Below are positions 1 through 8,092 of a stretch of 32,000 nt of DNA, piece after piece. The notes beneath the pieces are model-generated. The model saw nothing but the letters and a program-made list of their open reading frames with translations. It was not told the DNA's origin and did no database searches. Source of the DNA: Alkanindiges illinoisensis DSM 15370 (GTDB taxonomy: Bacteria > Pseudomonadota > Gammaproteobacteria > Pseudomonadales > Moraxellaceae); assembly GCF_000619845.1 (NCBI RefSeq), contig NZ_JHUX01000003.1:1150064-1182063 (forward strand). Reading direction: 5' to 3'. The position numbers were made by a program, and so were the translations under genes. Numbering within the stretch: position 1 is the stretch's first letter; each line of letters opens with the position of its first letter.

Positions 1-37
1 TGTCCGTACTTAATGATGCCTGCAAGGGAGAACTGCA

Positions 38-2257
38 ATGAGCGAGACTTCTCAACTGGTGATGGATCAGGCCGTAGAATCACTGCTGGATCGTGTTCCC
101 AATCCTTGTGTAGGCGAAGAACTAAGCCGGGTGGAAGGCCCACTTAAAGTGAGTGGCTGGGCAACTTATGCGGCTGAATATACGTTTGATGGTGAAGCAT
201 TGCATGGTTATCTGGTGAGTGCCAGCATTGCCAAAGGTACAGTGGAATCCATTGATGAGAGCAGCGCAACTGCAATTGATGGCGTGGTGGCTGTTATCAC
301 TGACTTTAAGGCGTTTATTCGCAACTCGCAGCAGGGCGGTGAGAAAAAAGCACCCACGCAGGGGGTTAAGGAAATTTCCTACTTTGGTCAGCCGATTGCA
401 CTGGTGGTGGCAACCTCGTTTGAGGCAGCGCGTGAAGGCGCAGCAGCCCTTAAAGTGCACTATACCCATGAACAGGGCGCATTTGACTTTATTGCCGAGC
501 TTGGCAAGCGTGAACCGATTACTTCTGGCAATGACAAGCCCGAGCATAAAAACAACCCGGATGAAGGCTTGGCCACTGCAGCAGTTAAGGTAGATTCCAT
601 TTATATAACGCCTAGCCAGAACAGTGCTGCCATGGAACCGCATGCCACCATTGCCGAGTGGGATGGCGATCAGCTTATCCTGCACTGCTCCATGCAAATG
701 CTATCATCCTGCAAGCAGCAGATTTGTGATGCTTTGGGTTTAAAACCGGATAATGTCCGCCTGATTTCACGTTATGTGGGTGGCGGGTTTGGTTCCAAAC
801 TGGGTATCTCGCCCGAATCGATTGCTGCTGCAATTGCTGCCAAACAGCTTCAGCGCCGCATTAAAGTGGTGATGCACCGGATTCAGGTATTTGAAAGTAC
901 TGTGCGTCGTACCAATACCCATCAGCGCGTGGCACTGGGCGCTGATCATAATGGACGCATTCATACCATAATCCATAACACGATTTGCACCAATTTGCCC
1001 GGTGAAACATTTTTTGAGCCCACGGCTATTTCCACCCATTTTGCCTATAGCGGCCAAAACCGGGAAGTTAAATATGAAATGGTGCGCATGAATCAGGTAT
1101 TAGCAGGTTCCATGCGCGCACCCGGTGAAGCAGTGGGCATGCTGGCGCTGGAATGTGCGATGGATGAACTGGCCGAAAAACTGGACATGGACCCGGTAGA
1201 GTTGCGCAAACTCAATGACCCGGCCATAGACCCCAGTAAGGGACTTCCCTTTTCTACCCGCAAACTAACTGACACACTGGATTATGGTGCCAAACATTTT
1301 GGCTGGGAAAAACGGCATAAACAACCAGCCAGCCAGCGTGAAGGTGACTGGCTGATAGGCATGGGCATGGCTTCGGCCACCCGCAGCAACCAGCTTAAGG
1401 CATCGGCGGCGCGCGTGACCCTGACACCGGATGCAAAGGCCGTTGTTGAAACGGATATGACCGATATTGGTACTGGCACTTATACCGTGTTAACCCAGAT
1501 TGCCGCTGACATGCTGGGGTTACCTGTATCGCAGGTTGACGTTCGGCTGGGCGATACCGATTTTCCACCGGCTGCCGGTTCAGGTGGTAGCGTTGGCGCC
1601 TGTAGCTCGGGTAGCTCGGTTTATCTGGCCTGTCAAGAAATTCGTGCAACACTGGCAAAAGCGCTGGGTGTTGAAGAAGACAACTTAACCCTGCAAGCCG
1701 GACAAGCCAGCGGCAATGGCATGAGCAAGGCAATTTCCGAACTGATTCAGGAAAATATTGTGGCCATGGGCCAGATTGAACCCGGCAAAACCAGCAAGGA
1801 ATACACTCAGGCCAGTTATGGGGCACATTTTGCCGAAGTGGCCGTTAATGTGGTGACAGGTGAAACCCGGATTCGCCGCATGCTGGGCGTGTTTGCAGCC
1901 GGACGCATTCTCAATGAAAAAACTGCACGCTCGCAATGTTATGGCGGTATGATTTTTGGCATTGGTGCAGCACTCATGGAAGAACTCCTGCATGACCCGC
2001 ACAATGGCCGTCTGGTCAATCATGACCTTGCAGAGTATCACGTGCCGGTCAATGCGGACATTCCTCCGATTGATGTGGTGTTTTTGCCCGAACGTGACCC
2101 TTATGCCAACCCTCTGCATGCCAAGGGCTTGGGCGAACTGGGGATTTCTGGCGCAGGTGCGGCGATTGCCAATGCGATTTATAACGCAACCGGTATCCGC
2201 ATTTATGACTATCCGCTCACACTGGACAAGCTGCTTGATCAGCTTCCTGCCATTTAA
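38..2257 (+). CDS. paoC: Xanthine dehydrogenase/aldehyde oxidoreductase family, molybdopterin-binding large subunit (PaoC/YagR-like)
   Basis: 739-aa ORF with a GGGAGA Shine-Dalgarno a few nt before ATG38. Family motifs present: MEPHA, GGGFGSK, VETDMTDIGTGTYT, AAGSGGS, KTARSQ and C-terminal DYPLTLDKLLDQLP. Collinear, from memory, with E. coli PaoC. The small 2Fe-2S and FAD subunits would lie upstream of the window. Confidence 0.85.
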   Translation: MSETSQLVMDQAVESLLDRVPNPCVGEELSRVEGPLKVSGWATYAAEYTFDGEALHGYLVSASIAKGTVESIDESSATAIDGVVAVITDFKAFIRNSQQGGEKKAPTQGVKEISYFGQPIALVVATSFEAAREGAAALKVHYTHEQGAFDFIAELGKREPITSGNDKPEHKNNPDEGLATAAVKVDSIYITPSQNSAAMEPHATIAEWDGDQLILHCSMQMLSSCKQQICDALGLKPDNVRLISRYVGGGFGSKLGISPESIAAAIAAKQLQRRIKVVMHRIQVFESTVRRTNTHQRVALGADHNGRIHTIIHNTICTNLPGETFFEPTAISTHFAYSGQNREVKYEMVRMNQVLAGSMRAPGEAVGMLALECAMDELAEKLDMDPVELRKLNDPAIDPSKGLPFSTRKLTDTLDYGAKHFGWEKRHKQPASQREGDWLIGMGMASATRSNQLKASAARVTLTPDAKAVVETDMTDIGTGTYTVLTQIAADMLGLPVSQVDVRLGDTDFPPAAGSGGSVGACSSGSSVYLACQEIRATLAKALGVEEDNLTLQAGQASGNGMSKAISELIQENIVAMGQIEPGKTSKEYTQASYGAHFAEVAVNVVTGETRIRRMLGVFAAGRILNEKTARSQCYGGMIFGIGAALMEELLHDPHNGRLVNHDLAEYHVPVNADIPPIDVVFLPERDPYANPLHAKGLGELGISGAGAAIANAIYNATGIRIYDYPLTLDKLLDQLPAI

Positions 2258-2292
2258 GTGCTTACTTCATTTCAAGCCAAAGGAGTAATGCC

Positions 2293-3555
2293 ATGAGCCA
2301 GTTGACTGCCCTGCTTCATGCCATTGATCAGGCACAGCGCCAGCAGGATGATGCTGTCATGGCCACAGTAGTGCAGGTGGAAGGCTCGGCCTACCGGCGT
2401 CCCGGTGCCCGTATGCTGATCTGGTCACATGGTCAGCCTGTGGGCACGATTAGCGGCGGCTGCCTTGAAAACGAAGCCTGTAAAAAAGCCCAGTGGCTGA
2501 CCCGAAATGCCCAGCCAGCATTACAGCGTTATCATACTGGTCATGCCGATTTTTACACTGATCCTGATGCTTATGCCAAAACTCAGGGTGTTCATGATCA
2601 TCATGGAAATGACATTGAAGCTGATGACGATGAAGCCCTTGCTTTTGGGCTAGGTTGCAATGGCACAGTCAGCGTTTTGTTTGAACGCCTGAATAGCCCA
2701 GCCATGCTTGCTGTTAGCCAGTTATTGCGTCATGTGCAGGCCAGTCACCGTGCTGGCGTGATTGCTACTGTCATTAGCACTCAGCCAAGCACTGGTAAAG
2801 AAACCAGCTTGCAACTGGGCGACCGTTTGCTGCTTGATCCAGTACAGCATGAATTACGCTGGATTATCCAAACCAATAGTCCAGTTGATAGCAACCTACA
2901 TCAAACGCTGCATAACGATGTGATTTTTACCCTCACCCGGCAAAAAAGCCTGCATCAGACCTATCAAACGGCACAGGGTAGTATTCAGGTATTTCTGGAA
3001 TACGTGGCCCCGCCCAACCGGCTGGTGATTTTTGGAGCAGGTCACGATGCGCAGCCACTGGTGAGCATGGCAAAAATGCAGGGCTGGCATGTGAGCGTGA
3101 TTGACAGCAGGCCGCACTTTGCCCGTAGGGAACGCTTTATGGACGCTGACCATGTGCGCTGTATTGACTTAAAAGCTGTTGATTTAAAGGACACAGCTGC
3201 TTTGGCTGAATTAACCAATCTCACCAATGGTGCGGCAGTTGCCATTATGAGTCATAGTCTGGCGCAGGATCGTCAGTGGTTAAAACAAATGTTGCTCAAT
3301 CCACCACGTTATATTGGCCAGCTTGGGCCGCGTTACCGCACCGAACGCCTAATTGCCGAAATTCAGCAAAGTTTGTCTGACCCTACCCAGATTGACCAAG
3401 GTCTGGAAGCCTTACATTACCCGATTGGACTGGATATTGGCGGTGATACGCCCGAAGCCATTGCATTGGCAATTATGGCAGAAATTACGGCTACCCTGAA
3501 CCAGCGTAGCGGCAAAATGTTAAAACAGCGTGACTTATCCATTCATGCTGAATAA
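2293..3555 (+). CDS. XdhC/CoxI-family molybdenum cofactor insertion chaperone (PaoD-like)
   Basis: 420-aa ORF with an AAGGAG SD. The N-terminal XdhC_CoxI-type segment is ATVVQVEGSAYRRPGARM...GTISGGCLE. The C-terminal Rossmann-like segment is RLVIFGAGHDAQPLV. It lies directly downstream of the molybdoenzyme gene. Confidence 0.85.
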   Translation: MSQLTALLHAIDQAQRQQDDAVMATVVQVEGSAYRRPGARMLIWSHGQPVGTISGGCLENEACKKAQWLTRNAQPALQRYHTGHADFYTDPDAYAKTQGVHDHHGNDIEADDDEALAFGLGCNGTVSVLFERLNSPAMLAVSQLLRHVQASHRAGVIATVISTQPSTGKETSLQLGDRLLLDPVQHELRWIIQTNSPVDSNLHQTLHNDVIFTLTRQKSLHQTYQTAQGSIQVFLEYVAPPNRLVIFGAGHDAQPLVSMAKMQGWHVSVIDSRPHFARRERFMDADHVRCIDLKAVDLKDTAALAELTNLTNGAAVAIMSHSLAQDRQWLKQMLLNPPRYIGQLGPRYRTERLIAEIQQSLSDPTQIDQGLEALHYPIGLDIGGDTPEAIALAIMAEITATLNQRSGKMLKQRDLSIHAE

Positions 3556-4195
3556 CCAGTTTTCCCAACATGCAGAAACACAAATTTCAACCAATACAGA
3601 TGTTTTACCTCATCTGGCAGTGTTAATTCTGGCAGCTGGTTTAAGCCGCCGTTTAGGACAACCCAAGCAATTATTACTAAAAAATGGTAAGCCGCTGGTT
3701 CGTCATGTGGCCGAACTTGCAATTTCCTTAAATCCACAATGCGTTATGGTCGTTGCTAATCACACCGTGGAGATTTCTTCTTTGCTTGAAGATTTGCCCA
3801 TCCAGCTTGTACTCAACCCGCAAGCCGATACAGGCATGGCAAGCTCATTACAGACGGGTGCCCTCTGTCTAAACAACCATCATGGGCAAGTATTGATTGT
3901 TGGGATTGATCAGCCCTTGCTGGATGCAGCTTATTTGCAGCGAATGGTTCAGCAAAATATCCAGTATCCGGACATGAATATCGTGAGCCAATATAGTGAC
4001 ACCATCGGCATTCCTGCCATCGTGCAGCCAGAATTATTGCAGCAAAGTGAGAGTTTGGCAGGTGATAGCGGCCTAAAAAAACTGCTGATGCAGCAACCTG
4101 ATAAAATAATAAAAATGCCTGCCCCCCAGCTTGCCTTCGATATTGATACCCCTGAGGCATTGCAGCATACCCGGCAAAATGGCTGGATTGATTAA
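3545..4195 (+). CDS. MobA-like NTP transferase (molybdenum cofactor cytidylyltransferase MocA-like)
   Basis: N-terminal LAVLILAAGLSRRLGQPKQLL nucleotide-binding loop typical of the MobA/MocA family. ATG 3545 overlaps the xdhC stop by 11 nt; the ORF-track start at 3530 is GTG. The context with PaoC/XdhC fits MCD cofactor synthesis. Confidence 0.75.
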   Translation: MLNNQFSQHAETQISTNTDVLPHLAVLILAAGLSRRLGQPKQLLLKNGKPLVRHVAELAISLNPQCVMVVANHTVEISSLLEDLPIQLVLNPQADTGMASSLQTGALCLNNHHGQVLIVGIDQPLLDAAYLQRMVQQNIQYPDMNIVSQYSDTIGIPAIVQPELLQQSESLAGDSGLKKLLMQQPDKIIKMPAPQLAFDIDTPEALQHTRQNGWID

Positions 4196-4219
4196 ACGCT
4201 TATCTACTTACTAATTTTT

Positions 4220-4684
4220 CTATAGCAACACTTTATGCATCAATGCATTGGACAAGGCAATACCACGTACCACGGGCATTTGCTGCTGCACAATGAAAAA
4301 ACCGAAATGCTGAAAAAATGGTTGCGCGCTAATACTGACATTTGAGGTTAGCAGTGGCATGCGATTCAGCCCTGCCTGTTTCAATAAATGCTGCATTAAA
4401 TATGCACCAACGCCTTGTCGGGGGAACTGTGCGGATACAAAAAACTGGTCGATATAGCCATTGTCCTGCAAATCAGCAAAGGCAACAGGCTGGCCTTGTT
4501 GCTCTACCACAAAAGGCTTGTTTTTAATAAGACGCGCTGTCCATGCGTGCTCGTCATAATCAAGCGGCGCCCAAGCATTGCACTGCTCAGCACTATAATC
4601 CCTGCTGGCAACCTGATGCACTGCCTCATAAAAGATAGTGTACAAAGCCTGTGCATCAGCGGGCTGAAAGTCACGAATTTTCAT
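4220..4684 (-). CDS. GNAT family N-acetyltransferase
   Basis: 154-aa ORF with the acetyl-CoA-binding motif A, FVSAQFPRQGVGAYLMQHLL (R/Q-x-x-G-x-G/A), and overall GNAT length. Confidence 0.8.
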   Translation of the reverse strand: MKIRDFQPADAQALYTIFYEAVHQVASRDYSAEQCNAWAPLDYDEHAWTARLIKNKPFVVEQQGQPVAFADLQDNGYIDQFFVSAQFPRQGVGAYLMQHLLKQAGLNRMPLLTSNVSISAQPFFQHFGFFIVQQQMPVVRGIALSNALMHKVLL

Positions 4685-4733
4685 AGGTTTTAATCACTGC
4701 CCTAAAAGCCATTTTGGATAATTTAAATATAGT

Positions 4734-5063
4734 TTAATCAACTCTTTTCGTTCCTATTTTCAAGTTCCATATGACGTTGCAATGTTTGCATTTTGCCATC
4801 CAGATTTGCTGCGTATTATTTTTTTGAGTAGTCGTTGGGCCGCCACAATTGGGGCAAATTATATGAAAAAGCTGATAATAGCCATAACCCAGAATAAATA
4901 CAGTGAAAACACCAAAGCCAACCGCAAGCGTCCAACCCAGCATAATATAGTGATGTTTAAGGCTATATAAACTGCTTACAAACAAACCCGTATCAATGAG
5001 CCATGCCCAAATAAACAAGCGCTGAAAATTTGCAGCAAAGCTGGGATGATCTTGTATAGTCAT
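4734..5063 (-). CDS. Hypothetical membrane protein: two TM helices plus a C-terminal CxxC...CxxC zinc ribbon (cassette gene C)
   Basis: 109-aa ORF with hydrophobic segments LFIWAWLIDTGLFVSSLYSL and IMLGWTLAVGFGVFTVFILGYGYY, followed by CPNCGG-(17 aa)-CKHCN. Its ATG overlaps the upstream gene's TGA (ATGA at 5060-5063). The gene is AT-rich relative to its neighbours. Confidence 0.6.
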   Translation of the reverse strand: MTIQDHPSFAANFQRLFIWAWLIDTGLFVSSLYSLKHHYIMLGWTLAVGFGVFTVFILGYGYYQLFHIICPNCGGPTTTQKNNTQQIWMAKCKHCNVIWNLKIGTKRVD

Positions 5064-5449
5064 AATAGAGTGATCCAGCTTTTATAATCCATGGGATTGA
5101 TCTTAAAAACTTCTACAGGTCTTACTGCCGTATAAGACACCCACTGGTCTGGGGCAATTAGTTGAAATGAGGTTGAAGGTAACTTGTAAATATAACCAAT
5201 TTTTTGCCAGTCAATTAAAGTGTCTTTTAACTGGATAATCGGTGGATTCATATCAGTATTCACTGAAAACACGGCAGTATCAGATTGAGCTGTTAAACTA
5301 AGCGCAAAGGCAACCGCTAACTCATAGCGTGCGACTGCATAAACAGCACTTTCATTGTCACCTGCCCCGCTAAAGCCGGTTGCCTGAGTAGGTTTTAATA
5401 CCTCAAGCTGTTTGGGCGAACCATGATAAAGATAATCCGGCTTTTGCAT
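5060..5449 (-). CDS. Hypothetical soluble protein with an N-terminal YLYHGSP motif (cassette gene B)
   Basis: An ORF open from GTG 5488. I prefer ATG 5449 (129 aa, MQKPDYLYHGSP...) because it leaves a 22-nt spacer after gene A and does not rely on a GTG lacking an SD. No TM segments. Translationally coupled to gene C. Confidence 0.55.
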   Translation of the reverse strand: MQKPDYLYHGSPKQLEVLKPTQATGFSGAGDNESAVYAVARYELAVAFALSLTAQSDTAVFSVNTDMNPPIIQLKDTLIDWQKIGYIYKLPSTSFQLIAPDQWVSYTAVRPVEVFKINPMDYKSWITLL

Positions 5450-5471
5450 ATTAACTTCTACACACTGATCC

Positions 5472-5966
5472 TTAGAGATCACTAACACGAATTTGACTAA
5501 AGCGCTTTAGCCCCAGCACGCCACATATCAAACCAAAGAGCCAGATATAAACTTCGAGCCAGTTCTTTAAAGGGTCTTTATCAATGATCGCTAATTCTGG
5601 TTGATCGGCTGCATAAATCACAGGCACAGTCGCCTGCAAATGCTGAATGTCATGGCCAAAATGATCGATAAACCGGACAGGTTTTTTATCTACTATAAAT
5701 TCAACGATTGGCAATTGTGTGGTGACAACCCTGCCGCCTGTACTACTGTGCTGATGCCAGCTTGTTGGCTGATACCCCACAATAATACCTTGCGTTACAG
5801 CGTCATTAACCCAGAGCGGATAAATGCGTTTGATCGCATGCGTTAAACCAATTGCACAAAAAATCAGGCATGCCAAGGACAAATACTTGAGTACTCTCAA
5901 GATGATCTGAAACAGCTTTTGGGGTTGATCAACAATAGACCGTAAGGAAGCGTAAAGGTCAGCCAT
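5472..5966 (-). CDS. Hypothetical membrane protein, DUF3592-like architecture: TM, beta-rich domain, TM (cassette gene A)
   Basis: 164 aa from ATG 5966; the ORF-track start at 6038 is TTG and lies upstream of the putative promoter. TM1 is LSLACLIFCAIGLTHAI and TM2 is WLEVYIWLFGLICGVLGL. They flank GIIVGYQP...LPIVEFIVDKKPVRF...VPVIYAADQPELAII, which matches my recollection of the DUF3592 pattern. Confidence 0.6.
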   Translation of the reverse strand: MADLYASLRSIVDQPQKLFQIILRVLKYLSLACLIFCAIGLTHAIKRIYPLWVNDAVTQGIIVGYQPTSWHQHSSTGGRVVTTQLPIVEFIVDKKPVRFIDHFGHDIQHLQATVPVIYAADQPELAIIDKDPLKNWLEVYIWLFGLICGVLGLKRFSQIRVSDL

Positions 5967-5975
5967 GCAATAACC

Positions 5976-6015
5976 TGCTGTTATAATTTTAATCCTGGCA
6001 AAAATTATAACAGCA
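5976..6015. promoter_or_regulatory. 15-bp perfect inverted repeat (TGCTGTTATAATTTT / AAAATTATAACAGCA, 10-nt spacer) carrying a TGnTATAAT extended -10 element on each strand
   Basis: Read directly: 5976-5990 is the reverse complement of 6001-6015. On the minus strand the right arm reads TGCTGTTATAAT about 40 nt upstream of the gene A ATG (5966). No U-run follows, so it is not a canonical intrinsic terminator for xerC. Confidence 0.55.
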
Positions 6016-6079
6016 AGCTCATTACCATAAGCTGCCAATTATTTTGATTTTTCAAAAAAATCTTAGGTATGGCTGTGCT

Positions 6080-7054
6080 TTAGGATGATTTCTTGCGCGC
6101 CCGTGGATGGGCACTGTCATAGACTTTGGCCAGATGCGCAAAATCCAGATGGGTATAAATTTGCGTGGTGCTAATGTCGGCATGGCCTAGCAACTCCTGC
6201 ACCGCACGCAAATCACCACTACTGGCCAGCAAATGCGATGCAAAACAATGCCGCAACAAATGCGGATGCAAATGCTGACTAATGCCAGCCCGTTCAGCCT
6301 GCAAACTTACTCGGCGTTCAATCTGACGGGTGCTCAAGCCCTTACCAGAACGCTCACTTACAAAAATCGCATCCTCTTCAGGTGCAACCCAGCTATTGCG
6401 TAATTGCAGCCAGGCTTGCAGCGCTTCAATGGCCTTGCTACCCACTGGCACCACGCGGGTTTTATTGCCCTTACCAACAACAGACACCAGCCCACGCGCC
6501 AGATCCAGTTGCGTTAAAGTCAGTTTGGCCAGCTCAGACAAGCGCAAACCACTGCTGTAAAACAGCTCCAGAATGGCTTTATCCCGACACCACAGTTGTG
6601 CATCACGCTCCTTTTCTGGTGCTACCTGATCCAGAATCTGCGGCATGATTTCCGCATCCAGCATACCGGGCAACGGCCGGTTAGGCCGCTGAATGGCAAA
6701 ATCAAGGGCAAAATTTTGCGCAATAATTTCCTGCTCAACCAGCCAGTCGGCAAAGCTGCGTACCGCTGATAGCTCGCGTTGCAGGCTGCTGCTGGAAATG
6801 CGGTCTACTTCAATGCGCTGGGCAGCAAACTGGCGCAAGGTATGATGCGTGACTTGCTGTAAGGCAACGGATTTACAGGACAAAAATACCGTAAATTGCA
6901 ACAGGTCACGCTGATAGGCTTTTCGCGTATGAAAAGACAGGTTCATGCGGATTAAGGCTTGCATCCATTGCTGCACAAGCTCCGACAGATTGTCCTGTAC
7001 AGAAGAATTTTCAGGCTGATCTGTTTCTGAAAAACTTAAATCCTGCTGGGTCAC
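6080..7054 (-). CDS. xerC: Tyrosine recombinase XerC
   Basis: 324-aa ORF with the tyrosine-recombinase catalytic signature: GLRLSEL (Arg), HLLRHCFASHLL (H-x-x-R) and LLGHADISTTQIYTHL (His/Tyr). It sits in the conserved position downstream of dapF. Confidence 0.9.
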   Translation of the reverse strand: MTQQDLSFSETDQPENSSVQDNLSELVQQWMQALIRMNLSFHTRKAYQRDLLQFTVFLSCKSVALQQVTHHTLRQFAAQRIEVDRISSSSLQRELSAVRSFADWLVEQEIIAQNFALDFAIQRPNRPLPGMLDAEIMPQILDQVAPEKERDAQLWCRDKAILELFYSSGLRLSELAKLTLTQLDLARGLVSVVGKGNKTRVVPVGSKAIEALQAWLQLRNSWVAPEEDAIFVSERSGKGLSTRQIERRVSLQAERAGISQHLHPHLLRHCFASHLLASSGDLRAVQELLGHADISTTQIYTHLDFAHLAKVYDSAHPRARKKSS

Positions 7055-7171
7055 TCAGTTATCCTTAAAAAAGCCCTGTTACGAAACTATAAAGAATCCC
7101 TCTTGCAAAGCAGTGTCTATCATCCCACTGGCCAAAAGAAATTATAAGAGTTTCGCAAGAAATCTAGAGAA

Positions 7172-8047
7172 TTACTGCTCCTCGTTTTGCTCAGGAACAT
7201 AGAAGTCATAGGGATTAAAAGTGCCTTCAAAGGTGGTTGCTGTTGGCCCTGTCATCCATACTACTTCATTGGGTTGCCACTGGATTAATAAAGGGCCGCC
7301 CGCCAGATAAACACGAACTTCCGGGTCAAGCAGGCCACGGCGAATCCCGCTCACTGCTGCTGCACAGGCGCCAGTACCACAGGCCAGTGTTTCGCCCACG
7401 CCACGCTCAAACACCCGTAGGCGCACCTCGCCCCGGTTAATAATCTGCATAAAGCCCACATTCACCCGTTGCGGAAAACGCGCATGCGATTCCAGCGCTG
7501 GCCCAAGTTTTTCGACAGGTGCTGTCAATACATCATCCACCAGCAGCACCGCATGCGGATTGCCCATATTCACCACGTCCAGCGCTACCGTTTGACCCAA
7601 TACATCTACTGCATAGCTATCTGGCAACTGCTCGCTCTGTTTTTCAACTTTAAACGGAATATCGTCCGGCAAAAAACGCGGCTCACCCATATTGACGCGC
7701 ACCCAGGCATTGCTGTTAATTTCCGGCTCGACCACACCACTGTTGGTTTCGACCCGGATTTTGGCTTTTTTGGTTAAGTGACGTTCATGCACAAAGCGGG
7801 CAAAACAGCGCACGCCATTGCCACACTGCTCTACTTCCGATCCATCGGCATTAAAAATACGGTATTTAAAATCCACATCGGGCCGCTCAGGAGCTTCCAC
7901 AATCAGCATCTGGTCAAAGCCGATGCCAAAATTGCGGTGTGCCAACCGGCGAATTAGCTCAGGATGCAGCGGCATGCGCTGGGTGACCAGATCGATCACC
8001 ATAAAGTCATTGCCCAGACCATGCATCTTGCTAAATTGAATCCGCAT
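7172..8047 (-). CDS. dapF: Diaminopimelate epimerase
   Basis: [20 protein letters not shown]-terminus. Catalytic Cys motifs are CGNGVRCF and ACGTGACA. The start was refined to ATG 8047, which has a GGAG SD about 10 nt upstream; the ORF-track start at 8074 adds 9 unlikely residues. Confidence 0.95.
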   Translation of the reverse strand: MRIQFSKMHGLGNDFMVIDLVTQRMPLHPELIRRLAHRNFGIGFDQMLIVEAPERPDVDFKYRIFNADGSEVEQCGNGVRCFARFVHERHLTKKAKIRVETNSGVVEPEINSNAWVRVNMGEPRFLPDDIPFKVEKQSEQLPDSYAVDVLGQTVALDVVNMGNPHAVLLVDDVLTAPVEKLGPALESHARFPQRVNVGFMQIINRGEVRLRVFERGVGETLACGTGACAAAVSGIRRGLLDPEVRVYLAGGPLLIQWQPNEVVWMTGPTATTFEGTFNPYDFYVPEQNEEQ

Positions 8048-8092
8048 TATGTTCTCCGTTTGGTATTGCCGCATTCATTCTTTAAAAAGCCG

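Noticed and set aside
122-697. 191-aa minus-strand ORF (and other antisense ORFs inside paoC, lysA, tkt and metK)
   Set aside because: These overlap well-supported genes on the opposite strand, and they have no SD or recognisable motifs.
5967-6038. N-terminal extensions of the cassette ORFs in the track (TTG at 6038 for gene A; GTG at 5488 for gene B)
   Set aside because: These are non-ATG starts without an SD. The gene A extension would begin upstream of the putative promoter palindrome, and internal ATGs give cleaner gene spacing.
6080-7054. Tyrosine recombinase as the integrase of a mobile element carrying the adjacent cassette
   Set aside because: Its sequence features and its position directly after lysA-dapF match chromosomal XerC. 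GC content is host-like, and no att-like repeats flank the cassette.
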